Origin: an uncultured bacterium
GTDB lineage: Bacteria > Armatimonadota > UBA5829
Assembly: GCA_963823885.1 (NCBI GenBank)
Contig: CAWGNL010000101.1
Location: 14,444-78,443 of the forward strand
Length of the DNA: 64,000 nt
Direction of reading: 5' to 3'
The notes below the pieces were generated by a model. That model did no database searches. It was not told the DNA's origin and worked only from the letters and a program-made list of their open reading frames with translations. Made by a program: the position numbers and the translations under genes. Of this stretch, positions 50,004 to 59,458 are shown piece by piece. Numbering within the stretch: position 1 is the first letter of the stretch; the number at the start of each line of letters is the position of its first letter.

Positions 50004-50350
50004 GAAAGCGGAAGGTGGAAAGTGGAAGGCCCGGAACTTCCGCCGGCACGCCGCCGCCGGCCAGCCCGCCCTCACCTTGTCCCAGGCCCCTCTGCTCATG
50101 TAAGAGATCAGTCTTTGTGAGAATGGCAGCCATCACTATTCGGCGGGAACGACAAATCGAGCGTCTGCTTCAACCCGGCGCCTTCGAGTTCCCGCCGCAT
50201 AGGTGGGTTGTACTCACGATCCGTGAGCAGTTATCTGCTCATCGTCCCATTGCTTGAATGTCCTTATGCCTGTATAATGCCTGAAAGCGCGGCTTCGGGC
50301 TTTCCGCTCTCCGCTTTCCACTAAACGCTATTCTCAAAGGGAGAAAGACC

Positions 50351-52159
50351 ATGATCGAGACAACCACGCTCGCCTGGGACCTGAGCGACCTTTTTCACGG
50401 CATCGAAGACCCGAGGATCGAAGAGTCCCTGAATGACGGCCTCGCGCGGGCACGGGAGTTCGCGGCCAAATATCGAGGCAAGATCGACAGCGCCGAGCTT
50501 ACCGCGACCACGCTTCTTGAGGCAATTCGCGAATACGAGAACCTGGCTCAGGACTTGGCGAAGCCGTCGAACTACGCCGCGCTCGTCTTTTCGTCCGATA
50601 CCAGCAAGTTCGAGAACGGCGCTTTCCTGCAGCACGTACAGGAGAGGCAGACGGCGATCTCACTGGAGACGATCTTCTTTGAATTGGAACTGATGGCCGC
50701 GGCCCCGGCAATTATAGAAAGGCTCGCGGCGGACCCGATTTTGCAGGGCTATCGCCACTTTATCCAGGCGTCCCGGCTGTTTCGGGAGCACCGCCTCAGC
50801 GAACCCGAAGAGAGGATCATCGAGGAAAAGGCCAATACCGGTGGCAGGGCGTTCGAAAGGCTCTTCGAGCAGTCCGTTTCCACGATCGAGTTCAAGTTGA
50901 CGGTCCACGGCGAGGAACGGACCCTCACCGAGCCCGAGGTCCTGGCGCTGATGCGCGACCCCGACCGCGAGGTCAGAAAGGCCGCCGCGGCTTCGTTCAC
51001 GGACGGGCTCGTGAGAAACGGCATGCTGCTGACATTCATATTCAATACTCTGGTCTTCGACAAATCCATCGATGACAGGCTGCGGCGATATGACTATCCC
51101 GAGCAGGCGCGCAATACCGCCAACGAGCTGGACGCCCAAACCGTGGAGACCGTCATGTCTACCTGCGTGGAGCGATACGACCTGGTCGCCCGCTATTATC
51201 GCACGAAGCGCGAGATACTCGGCTGCGACAAGCTTATGCACTACGATCGCTACGCTCCGCTCTTCGAGACCAGGCAAGAGGTCGGCTTCGACGAGGCGCG
51301 GGAGACCGTGCTCATCTCGTTCGAGCGGTTCTCCGGCACAATATCCGAGGCCGCGGGGAAGTTCTTCGCCGGCGGTTGGATCGACGCCGAACCGCGCAAA
51401 GGCAAGCGCGGCGGCGCATTTTGTATGTACGTCACCCCCGACTTGCACCCTTACGTTTTCCTCAATTACCTGAACCGCAAGGACGATATCATGACCCTCG
51501 GCCATGAGCTTGGCCACGGGGTGCATGCGTATCTGTCGCGGGCGAACTCTTATGTCAACTTTTCCAGCGCGCTGCCGGTGGCCGAGCTCGCAAGCACTTT
51601 TGGGGAAATCCTGGTCTTTGGCAGCCTGGTCGCCAAGTCCGATCTGGAGGACAAACTCGCCCTTTACGCAAGCAAGATCGAGGAAATCTTCGCCACCATT
51701 TTCCGCCAGGCCGCGATGTATCGCTTCGAGCAGGAACTGCACCGCGCGCGCCGGGAAAAAGGGGAACTCACAACCGAAGAGATCGGCGATATGTGGCAGC
51801 GCAACATCCAGGCCATGTTTGCCGACTCCGTGGAGCTGGGTGAAGAGCATCGAAACTGGTGGATGTATGTCGAGCACTTCATCGGCTCGCCGTTTTATGT
51901 GTATGCGTATTCGTTCGGCGAGCTGCTGGTGATGGCGCTGTACTCGATGTATCGCCGCGAAGGCGAGGCATTCGTGCCTAAATATCTGGATATGCTCAAG
52001 GCCGGCGGGTCGTGTTCGCCACAAGAGCTGCTCGCCCGCGTCGGGATCGACATCAAAGACCCCGAGTTCTGGCGCGGAGGGATGAAGATAGTCGAAGAAA
52101 TGATAGCGGATTTCGAGAAGCTTTACGAAGAGTGGAAGGGAAGGTTAAAGGTTGGGTGA
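50351..52159 (+). CDS. pepF: Oligoendopeptidase F (M3B family)
   Basis: 602 aa with the zinc motif TLGHELGHGVHAYL and a downstream E (ELASTFGE). Length and N-terminal W.L.DLF motif fit PepF. Confidence 0.9.
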   Translation: MIETTTLAWDLSDLFHGIEDPRIEESLNDGLARAREFAAKYRGKIDSAELTATTLLEAIREYENLAQDLAKPSNYAALVFSSDTSKFENGAFLQHVQERQTAISLETIFFELELMAAAPAIIERLAADPILQGYRHFIQASRLFREHRLSEPEERIIEEKANTGGRAFERLFEQSVSTIEFKLTVHGEERTLTEPEVLALMRDPDREVRKAAAASFTDGLVRNGMLLTFIFNTLVFDKSIDDRLRRYDYPEQARNTANELDAQTVETVMSTCVERYDLVARYYRTKREILGCDKLMHYDRYAPLFETRQEVGFDEARETVLISFERFSGTISEAAGKFFAGGWIDAEPRKGKRGGAFCMYVTPDLHPYVFLNYLNRKDDIMTLGHELGHGVHAYLSRANSYVNFSSALPVAELASTFGEILVFGSLVAKSDLEDKLALYASKIEEIFATIFRQAAMYRFEQELHRARREKGELTTEEIGDMWQRNIQAMFADSVELGEEHRNWWMYVEHFIGSPFYVYAYSFGELLVMALYSMYRREGEAFVPKYLDMLKAGGSCSPQELLARVGIDIKDPEFWRGGMKIVEEMIADFEKLYEEWKGRLKVG

Positions 52160-52390
52160 GTTCAGGCAGCCACCGCACCATATAGCGGAGTCGTCTTTAA
52201 GACACTGATCGGTCAAGTAGGCCGATCCGTGGCCATATCGAAGCACGGTTACAGGAGGCCGCCCTTCGATACACCTAGCCTGATCTCGGCACTCAGGGCT
52301 GGCGGGTTCCGAATTCCCGTGGAACTGGACTCACTCTAAAGGTTGGGAAGGGATCCGTTCCCTAACCTTGAAGGGGGCAACCCTTACTTT

Positions 52391-52581
52391 GCGGCGGGAA
52401 CGACAAATAGAGCGTCCGCTTCGACCCGGCGCCTTCGAGTTCCGGCTGCACGCATAGCACTCGCGCCGGGCGGATGCAGACCGCTCCTCTCTCGCGGGCA
52501 GAAGGCGCCACGCGTGCAGCGGGAACTCGAAGGGCTTCATGCCAATGGTTGTCTCGCCTTGTCGTACCCGCCGCATAGGGG
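52391..52581. repeat. Full-length ~190-bp nested-palindrome element (outer arms GCGGCGGGAACGACAA / TTGTCGT(A/T)CCCGCCGC; inner arms CCTTCGAGTTCC.GCTGCACGC / GCGTGCAGCGGGAACTCGAAGG)
   Basis: The nested arms can be read directly. A second full copy lies at 60643-60834. Half copies lie at 9693-9834, ~27232-27320, ~35731-35830, ~45775-45850 and ~50125-50225. Confidence 0.8.
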
Positions 52582-52973
52582 GAGCTGCCGTTCTCATGAA
52601 ACTGAGCTGTTCCGTGAGAACGTCCGCCAGAGGACCTCAAAAAAACAGGCTTCGTCGGTATACACCGCGAAGCCCGAGGGAAGGAGGAAAAAGATGGTTT
52701 GTTTGTGCCACTATAATCATTCCATGAGATTCTCCGAAGTCACCAAAGTTTTTTAGCAATCGCGAAGTTTTTTTTCAGCAAAGGGCAGGAATAAGTCCGG
52801 TGGCTTGCTAACTCATGTGCGGGCGGAGACGTTCTGTTTTCGGCAAGGACGCAGCAAACATGTCTGAGCACTCCCGCGAAGAATCTGCTTTTAGCTTACG
52901 GGCGGGATTCGCGCGGCAAGCAAAAGCAGATTCTTCGTCGTGCCTCTTCCTAAGAAACCTCTCCGGTTTCGGG

Positions 52974-53546
52974 AAAAGGGTTTCTCGAAACAACGCGCAC
53001 GCCGGGGCGGTTTCTTAAGGAAACTGCCGCGCAAAATCGCGGTCGGGCGCTCAAAATGACATGGTTTAGGGCCTGGATACATCTTCCCCGATGTTTCGGG
53101 ATTTCGGGCTGATCAGATCCGACGAGCCAGCCTAGGCCAAAATCCCGAAACATCCAAAATGACCTCGCGAAGTTTCGGGATTTCCGGAGCGATTACGACG
53201 TCTGCGCTGTATGCCGAACCGCCGTGCTCGCTCCTCAAATCCCGAAACACCGGGCGTGGAAAAGGGTTTCTCGAAACAACGGGCATGCCGGGGCGGTTTC
53301 TTAAGGAAACTGCCGCGCAAAATCGCGGTCGGGCGCTCAAAATGACATGGTTTAGGGCCTGGATACATCTTCCCCGATGTTTCGGGATTTCGGGCTGATC
53401 AGATCCGACGAGCCAGCCTAGGCCAAAATCCCGAAACATCCAAAATGACCTCGCGAAGTTTCGGGATTTCCGGAGCGATTACGACGTCTGCGCTGTATGC
53501 CGAACCGCCGTGCTCGCTCCTCAAATCCCGAAACACCGGGCGTGGA
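52974..53546. repeat. Tandem duplication, 2 x 286 bp, composed of several GTTTCGGGA...TCCCGAAAC-type hairpins
   Basis: AAAAGGGTTTCTCGAAACAAC starts at 52974 and again at 53260. The units are near-identical through ...CCCGAAACACCGGGCGTGGA. Confidence 0.85.
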
Positions 53547-53623
53547 CCTATTGCGGGTTGAGAGTCCGGATTCTAACTTCTTACTTCTTACTTCTAACTT
53601 CTATTTTCAGGGGAGGCGCGCAA

Positions 53624-53957
53624 ATGAAAGAAGTCGTTCTTATCGGCAGCGATCAGACTCGGTGGGCCGAACAGAGAGCTTGGCCGGATGCTGATGGCAA
53701 ATACGCTCAGGCTCCTTGCGGGTCGCGATGACAAGCCAAAGTATATCGTTCTCTGGAATGGCGGGGTGAACCTCGCGCTCGGCGGCTCGGAGTCGATCGA
53801 ATATCTGAAGGCACTCCAAGCTGACGGCGTGCGGATCATCCTCTGCCGCACCTGCGTGGACTATTTCGACATCGAAAGCAAAATCGCCGTGGGCACGATA
53901 CAGTCGATGGTGCGGATACACGACATCCTCGCCGGACACGAAGTGCTCACAATTTAG
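53624..53957 (+). CDS. Small DsrE/YedF-C-terminal-like protein; one frame break (~53655)
   Basis: MKEVVLIGSDQ / LGGPNRELGRMLMANTLRLLAGRDDKPKYIVLWNGGVNLALGGSESIEYLKALQADGVRIILCRTCVDYF... GGAGG lies 8 nt upstream of ATG 53624. This resembles the ~110-aa DsrE-like proteins I know from sulfur/selenium-relay contexts. Confidence 0.55.
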
Positions 53958-54043
53958 GGGCTAGGGGCTGGGGGCTAGGGCCGGACATTCCCTGCAGGTA
54001 ACGTCGTCCTCTTGCCCCCTACTAACCCTATAGCCCTATCAAC

Positions 54044-54210
54044 CCTAAAGCGGCGTAGCCGCAACCAAGAAGGCCATCGCCGGAAAATCAATACGGCCTT
54101 TCCGTAATTCGGAAGGTCGGTGGTTTCTTCTTACGTATCTTACAACTGAAATCCGAGGTCACATATCAAAGTTCAGTACAGCTTGTATAGGATTTCAGTT
54201 GTAAGATACT
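54044..54210. repeat. 167-bp repeat, uninterrupted copy (empty site for the 317-bp element)
   Basis: CCTAAAGCGGCGTAGCCGCAACCAAGAAGGCC...GGAAGGTCGGTGGTTTCTTCTTAC|GTATCTTACAACTGAAATCC...GGATTTCAGTTGTAAGATACT. The copy at 37354-37836 is the same sequence split by 317 bp at the marked point. Confidence 0.8.
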
Positions 54211-54244
54211 ATTAACCCTACCAACCTTACCGCCCCCCTCCTGC

Positions 54245-54274
54245 TTGACACAGCTCTAGCGCTGCACATATAAT
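54245..54274 (+). promoter_or_regulatory. Sigma70 consensus promoter (TTGACA-18-TATAAT)
   Basis: -35 at 54245-54250 and -10 at 54269-54274, ~200 nt upstream of hppA. Confidence 0.5.
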
Positions 54275-54478
54275 CTTGTTGGCTGCAATGCGGCAGCAGG
54301 GCCGCGGGTGAGGTCCGCCGCGGTGGCCTCGCCGCTGATCTCGCGCAAAGTTGCGAGGCGCGGCCTTTTGTTTGTCTCATAATTAGCCTTAAAAGGGGGA
54401 AACTTTAAGTGTCACTACGAGCGACTGGAAGCCGAAGGCGCCGCTTCACGCGGTCGTGGACTTGGCCGATATGCCAAG

Positions 54479-56923
54479 ATGCTTGCCCTGTTGGCTGTTG
54501 CCGGCGCGATGAGCGTCCTCGCGCCGAATGCCGCGTTCGCAAGCGAAGCGATCTCGCTGCCGCGATTCGAGGGTCTCCCGATGATGTGGCCCTCGGTCTA
54601 TATCGTGCTGGTGTGCGCGGTCATCGGTCTGTTTTTTGGCCTGATGTGGTTCAGGTCCATCCTCAAGGAAGATCCCGGCTCACGCGGGATGGTTGCCGTC
54701 TCCGAGGCCGTTCAGGAAGGCGCGATGGCCTACCTGAAAAGACAGATATCGACAATGATATGGTTCGTCATCATCATCGCCATCGGGCTGATCTTCCTGT
54801 ATAGGGGAGTCGAAGGCTTTCAAGCCAAGGATCGCATATTCAATGCCATTCCGGTTTACATAGGGGTAGCCATTGCCTTCGTCTGCGGGGTAGCCGCTTC
54901 GTATCTGGCTGGTTTCATCGGCATGATGATGGCTGTCCGTGCCAACGTGCGCGTTGCCAACGCGGCTTTGGGCAGCTTCAAGAAAGCCTTGTATATAGCG
55001 TTCCGCGCGGGCGGCGTGTCGGGAATGGCCACGGTCGGGCTTGGCCTCCTGGGCGCCTGCTCGATGTTTATCCTCTTCGGCAACGAGTCGATGAAGGTAT
55101 TGATCGGCTTCGGCTTCGGCGGGTGTCTGGCGGCCCTGTTTATGAGGATCGGCGGCGGCATCTACACCAAAGCCGCGGATGTGGGCGCCGACCTGGTCGG
55201 CAAGGTGGAGCAGGGTATCCCCGAAGACGACCCCAGAAACGCCGCGACTATCGCCGATAACGTCGGTGACAACGTCGGCGACTGCGCCGGTATGGCCGCG
55301 GATGTCTTCGAGTCTTACGAAGTCACGCTGGTTGCCGCGATCATCCTTGGCGCCGCCGCATCGACCTCGCTGAAGTTGGGCGCCGCCGGCCTCGCGCTGG
55401 TCGTCTACCCGCTGCTGATCAGAGCGGTCGGAGTCGCGGCCTCCATCATCGGCATCTACGCCGTCAGAGGCGCCGACGATCTGGCAATGAACCCGATGAA
55501 GCCGATCAACACCGGATTCTGGGTGTCCGCAATTTTGTCGACAATCGGTTTCTTCGCGCTGTCCTATCACGTTTTTGGCCGGACAGTGCCGATCCGCGGT
55601 TTCGAGTGGTGGAGATTTGCCGCCGCGAACCTGAGCGGTATCATTCTTGCCCTCATAATCGGGAAACTCACCGAGTACTATACGGCTACCGATTGCAAGC
55701 CGGTCACGGAGTGCGCCAAGGCCGCAAAGACCGGCCCAGCCACGATTATCCTGTCCGGATTTGCCTCGGGACTCGAGTCCAGCGTTTGGTCGGTGGTCGC
55801 GATTTGTCTATCGATCCTCGCGGCGATGCTGCTGTTCAAGGGCGAGCCGGCGATGTCCGCTTACGGAATTGCTCTGGCGGGCCTGGGGCTGCTTACCACC
55901 ACGGGCTTTATGCTCGCAATGGATACATACGGACCCATCTCCGACAACGCCAACGGCATCTTCGAGATGTCCGGCGCGCTTAAGGATGCCGGCGAAGACT
56001 CCAACGCCCACAAGATCGTGGCCAAGCTCGACGCTGTCGGCAACACCACCAAGGCCCTTACCAAGGGGCTGGCGATCGCCACCGCGGTTATCGCCGCGAC
56101 CGCATTGTTCCGCTCGTTTATGGCCGACGCCCGGCTGCTCGACAACGGTATCCGCCTCGACTGGACGGTGGTATTCGTAGGCCTGCTGATCGGCGGCGCG
56201 GTCCCGTTCCTGTTCTGTTCGTTCGCGATCAACGCGGTCAGCCGCGCGGCGTTCCAGCTTGTCGAGGAAGTCCGCAGGCAGTTCCGCGAGATCGTTGGGA
56301 TTATGGATTACGATCCTCGCTCGGGCTCCGATAAGGGCAAGCCGGACTATCAGCGCTGCGTCAACATCTCCACCGCGGCGGCTCAGAAAGAGCTTATGAG
56401 CCCGGCCGTTCTGGCCTTGTGCGCCCCGATACTGGTCGCGTTCGGTTTGGGTTTTGGCGCTAAACCGACCCCCGGCGGCTACGTCCTCGAAGGCGCCGCG
56501 GCGCTCGGCGGCTTCCTTGCCGGCGCTATTCTCTCGGGACAGCTTATGGCCGTCACGCTTTCCAATACCGGCGGTCTGTGGGACAACGCCAAGAAGAAGA
56601 TCGAAGACGGGATGTTCGGCGGCAAGGGTTATCCCGAACACAAGGCCGCGGTCGTCGGCGATACCGTTGGTGATCCGTTCAAGGATACAGCCGGCCCCGC
56701 CTTAAACCCGCTGATCAAGGTGATGAACCTCGTCGCGATCCTGCTCGCGCCGATTGCAATCCAACCGATATCGGACGTCGTTCGCGCGGTGATCGTGATT
56801 ATCGCGGTCGGCGGCCTGGTCGGCGCCACCGCGTGGAGCAAGCGCGGCGGAATCGAGAGCGAAGGGGGCGGACCATCAAACCCTAACATTATCGAGGACG
56901 AGCGAGAGACCGTGATGGTTTAG
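54479..56923 (+). CDS. hppA: Membrane-bound proton-translocating pyrophosphatase, K+-independent type
   Basis: 814 aa, polytopic. Motifs: GGGIYTKAADVGADLVGKVE, DNVGDNVGDCAGMAADVFESY, and DAVGNTTKALTKG. The Lys in GNTTKA is the known K+-independence determinant, versus GNTTAA. There is an N-terminal signal-peptide-like extension (AFASE). Confidence 0.92.
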   Translation: MLALLAVAGAMSVLAPNAAFASEAISLPRFEGLPMMWPSVYIVLVCAVIGLFFGLMWFRSILKEDPGSRGMVAVSEAVQEGAMAYLKRQISTMIWFVIIIAIGLIFLYRGVEGFQAKDRIFNAIPVYIGVAIAFVCGVAASYLAGFIGMMMAVRANVRVANAALGSFKKALYIAFRAGGVSGMATVGLGLLGACSMFILFGNESMKVLIGFGFGGCLAALFMRIGGGIYTKAADVGADLVGKVEQGIPEDDPRNAATIADNVGDNVGDCAGMAADVFESYEVTLVAAIILGAAASTSLKLGAAGLALVVYPLLIRAVGVAASIIGIYAVRGADDLAMNPMKPINTGFWVSAILSTIGFFALSYHVFGRTVPIRGFEWWRFAAANLSGIILALIIGKLTEYYTATDCKPVTECAKAAKTGPATIILSGFASGLESSVWSVVAICLSILAAMLLFKGEPAMSAYGIALAGLGLLTTTGFMLAMDTYGPISDNANGIFEMSGALKDAGEDSNAHKIVAKLDAVGNTTKALTKGLAIATAVIAATALFRSFMADARLLDNGIRLDWTVVFVGLLIGGAVPFLFCSFAINAVSRAAFQLVEEVRRQFREIVGIMDYDPRSGSDKGKPDYQRCVNISTAAAQKELMSPAVLALCAPILVAFGLGFGAKPTPGGYVLEGAAALGGFLAGAILSGQLMAVTLSNTGGLWDNAKKKIEDGMFGGKGYPEHKAAVVGDTVGDPFKDTAGPALNPLIKVMNLVAILLAPIAIQPISDVVRAVIVIIAVGGLVGATAWSKRGGIESEGGGPSNPNIIEDERETVMV

Positions 56924-57216
56924 AAGTTAGAGGTAAGAGGTTAGACCGAAGGCAATAGCTGACGGGTCTAACCTCCTACCTCCGACATGTTACTCGGCTT
57001 GGCCGGAACCGGATGCAACCGAAGGCTGGATCGTTTCGGGATTTCCGGAGCGACTGCGACGCTTGTGCCATATGCAAACGACCGTGCTCGCTCCTCAAAT
57101 CCCGAAACACCGGTATACCTGACAGGTCTAACCTCTTACCATCTAGAGATTCCACCTGGGTGGCGATTCGGAAATCGCCACCCAGAAAAGAACATCTAAC
57201 TTCGAGGGATAGCACG

Positions 57217-57821
57217 TTGCTCTGGGGCGGCGCCAGAACTGATGAACAGCTCTTTCAAGATGCCAAGAGAGGCGATGCCGGCGCCCTCGGCAAGCTTCTC
57301 GAATTCCATCGGGCCGGGCTTACGAGATGGCTGACCAGGGGCTGGCCGGCACTGACCGCGGAGGAAATAGAAGACGCGGTTCAGGAGTGTTTCCGTCAAG
57401 TCCTGAGCCAGTTCGATGGTCTTCGGATTCGGTCTTCATTTCGCACCTACCTTTACAGCGTCGCGCGAAACCGCTGCCTGGACATCAAGAACCGGAAGAA
57501 GCAATGTGTCAGCCTGGATGGAGAAAATCCGCCTGAAATCCCGGATCCATCATCAGCGAAGATCGAGCAGTCCGCCATCCTCTCGCAGGACATCAAGTCG
57601 GTCCTGAGCCACTCTCTTCCGAGCAGCAGCTCATCCTCAAGCTCGTAGTGCTCGATCACCGCACGTGCACGGAGGTCGCCGCCCTGCTGGGAACGTCTGT
57701 CGCCACGGTCTCCCGCAACCTGCAAAAAAAGATCCTGCCGACAATTAGACTTCTCCTGGAAGACTATAATCCCTGCAAGATTGGCGAGGTCCAGCGCGCC
57801 AAAGTAAGTGGAGGCAAGTGA
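57217..57821 (+). CDS. ECF-type sigma-70 family factor; one frame break (~57603)
   Basis: Region 2 (AVQECFRQVLSQFDGLRIRSSFRTYLYSVARNRCLD) is in the frame of ORF 57013..57648. Region 4 (LSSEQQLILKLVVLDHRTCTEVAALLGTSVATVSRNLQKK) is in the next frame. I propose a TTG start at 57217, with GAGGGA 7 nt upstream. Confidence 0.7.
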
Positions 57822-59198
57822 AGTGAAGTGTCCTGGTCCGATCCGCATACTGGAAGACTGGGTTCGGCGCAGACGCGGGGAGCCGCGGCGCTACACCGAC
57901 CACGCGCTCGACTGCGCCGCATGCACGCAAGTTTTCGATGGCATGAATGCTGCCGAGGAACGGCTGAGGCCGCTCGACCTGAGCGCCTCGGAGGGGCACC
58001 TGACTCCGGAGCAGCAAGCGGCATACGTGGAAAGAAAGCTTTCACAAATGGAGCGCGGGCAGGCGATCCAGCATATTGCCGATTGTTCGGATTGCCGCGA
58101 GGCGGTCGTGGCGTTGTCGGAGCTGGTCGGCGCGCCAATCCTGTCGCGGGCTGGCTGAGGGTTCCGGCAAGACGCCCCATGGTTTTTTCGGTTTCGGTGG
58201 GGTTGTCTCTGGCTTTGGCGTGCCTGGTGGTGTTTGCGATTGTGCGGACCATGCAGCCGGCGCCATCCGGGGTTTTCAAGGAGGCAAAGACGCCGTCGAA
58301 TATCGCGACCCACCCTGCGCCTCCTGTGAAAATAGCGGAAAGCGGAAAGCGGAAAGCGGAAAGCGCGGAACTTCCGCCCGCACGGGTTGCTTCGGCCGCA
58401 GAGCGAAGCGCCGCGACCGAAGCCGGGCCCGAAGGGCCCGCGCAACGTCACGCCGGGGCGGGGAAGCCGGCGGAAGGGCCTTTGGAGGCGGCTTCGAGCG
58501 GCGCGCATTTCCCGGCAGCGTCCTTCGATAGGGCCAATGTGTCCGCCAAACCTGCCGAGGTGGCCTCCTCGGCGTGGCGCATGCACGGCAACTACCAGGC
58601 CCGGATGGACAATAGTCCTGCTTTGCGGACTTCTAAGGCGGCCGGCGAGGCGCCACAGGCGGACTCCGCCGGCGCCCGACCGGTCCGGGTTGCGCTGCGG
58701 CAGGGGGGTAGTTCACTGAGCTCCGCGGCCGCGGGCCTGATCGAGAAACAGATCGAGGCGCTCGGCAGCCACCCCGTGGTTGTTCGCCTCACCGGGGAAA
58801 ACGTTTCGAATGCGTCTGCTCCACGCTGCGATTGGGAGGTATCGGAACAGGTCGAGGTCGGCCAGACTCCGCGGTCGTTTGCAGCGACGCAACAACAGAC
58901 CCGCAAATCGACCATAATCCTATCTTTGCGGTTGCGAGACACGCGAAGCGGTAAGGACGTGTCAGTGCGCTTCCAGCGAGAGGTGGCCGGTGGAGACTCG
59001 AATGAGCAGGCGCTTCAGGCACTGGTCGCATCCTCTGTCCGCGAATACCTTCAGAGAACCGAGTTAGTCTCCTCGACGGAGTCTCCCGCTGAGTCCTCGC
59101 CGTCCGGACAAAACACCACCGCGGGGGCGAAGCGGTCCCCGGAGCAAACCGCCCCCAGTGCCCCACCCCAGGCCCCCGATAGAAAACCCCAAGAATAA
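57808..59198 (+). CDS. Anti-sigma factor (zf-HC2 N-terminus, one TM, Ala/Pro/Ser-rich outer domain); one frame break (~58150)
   Basis: ORF 57808..58158 has HALDCAACTQVF and HIADCSDCREAV (zinc-binding anti-sigma motifs). The TM segment MVFSVSVGLSLALACLVVFAIV and the rest are in ORF 57828..59198. It overlaps the sigma-factor stop. An alternative GTG start lies at 57823. Confidence 0.65.
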
Positions 59199-59296
59199 AT
59201 CTTGAGTAGTGCAAAAAAGATGAACGTCATCCAGCCAAAATAGTTGAGCGAAGATGGAGGTCTGGATTCTAACTTCCAACTTCTAATTTCTAACTT

Positions 59297-59441
59297 CTAG
59301 TGTCTACTTGCATAAATAACTGATAGCATTCTTGCCGGTGTATCGGGAATCTTGTTCCCGATACGCACTTAGTTTCGGGAACAAGATTCCCGAAACACCC
59401 GGTACAGCGTTCTATCAATCAATTATGCAACTAAGCACTAG
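59297..59441. mobile_element. 145-bp MITE-like element, copy 2 (inverted relative to 1239-1383)
   Basis: CTAGTGTCTACTTGCATAA...double-hairpin core...TTATGCAACTAAGCACTAG. It is near-identical to the reverse complement of copy 1. Confidence 0.75.
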
Positions 59442-59458
59442 TTTCGGAGGTATCGACT

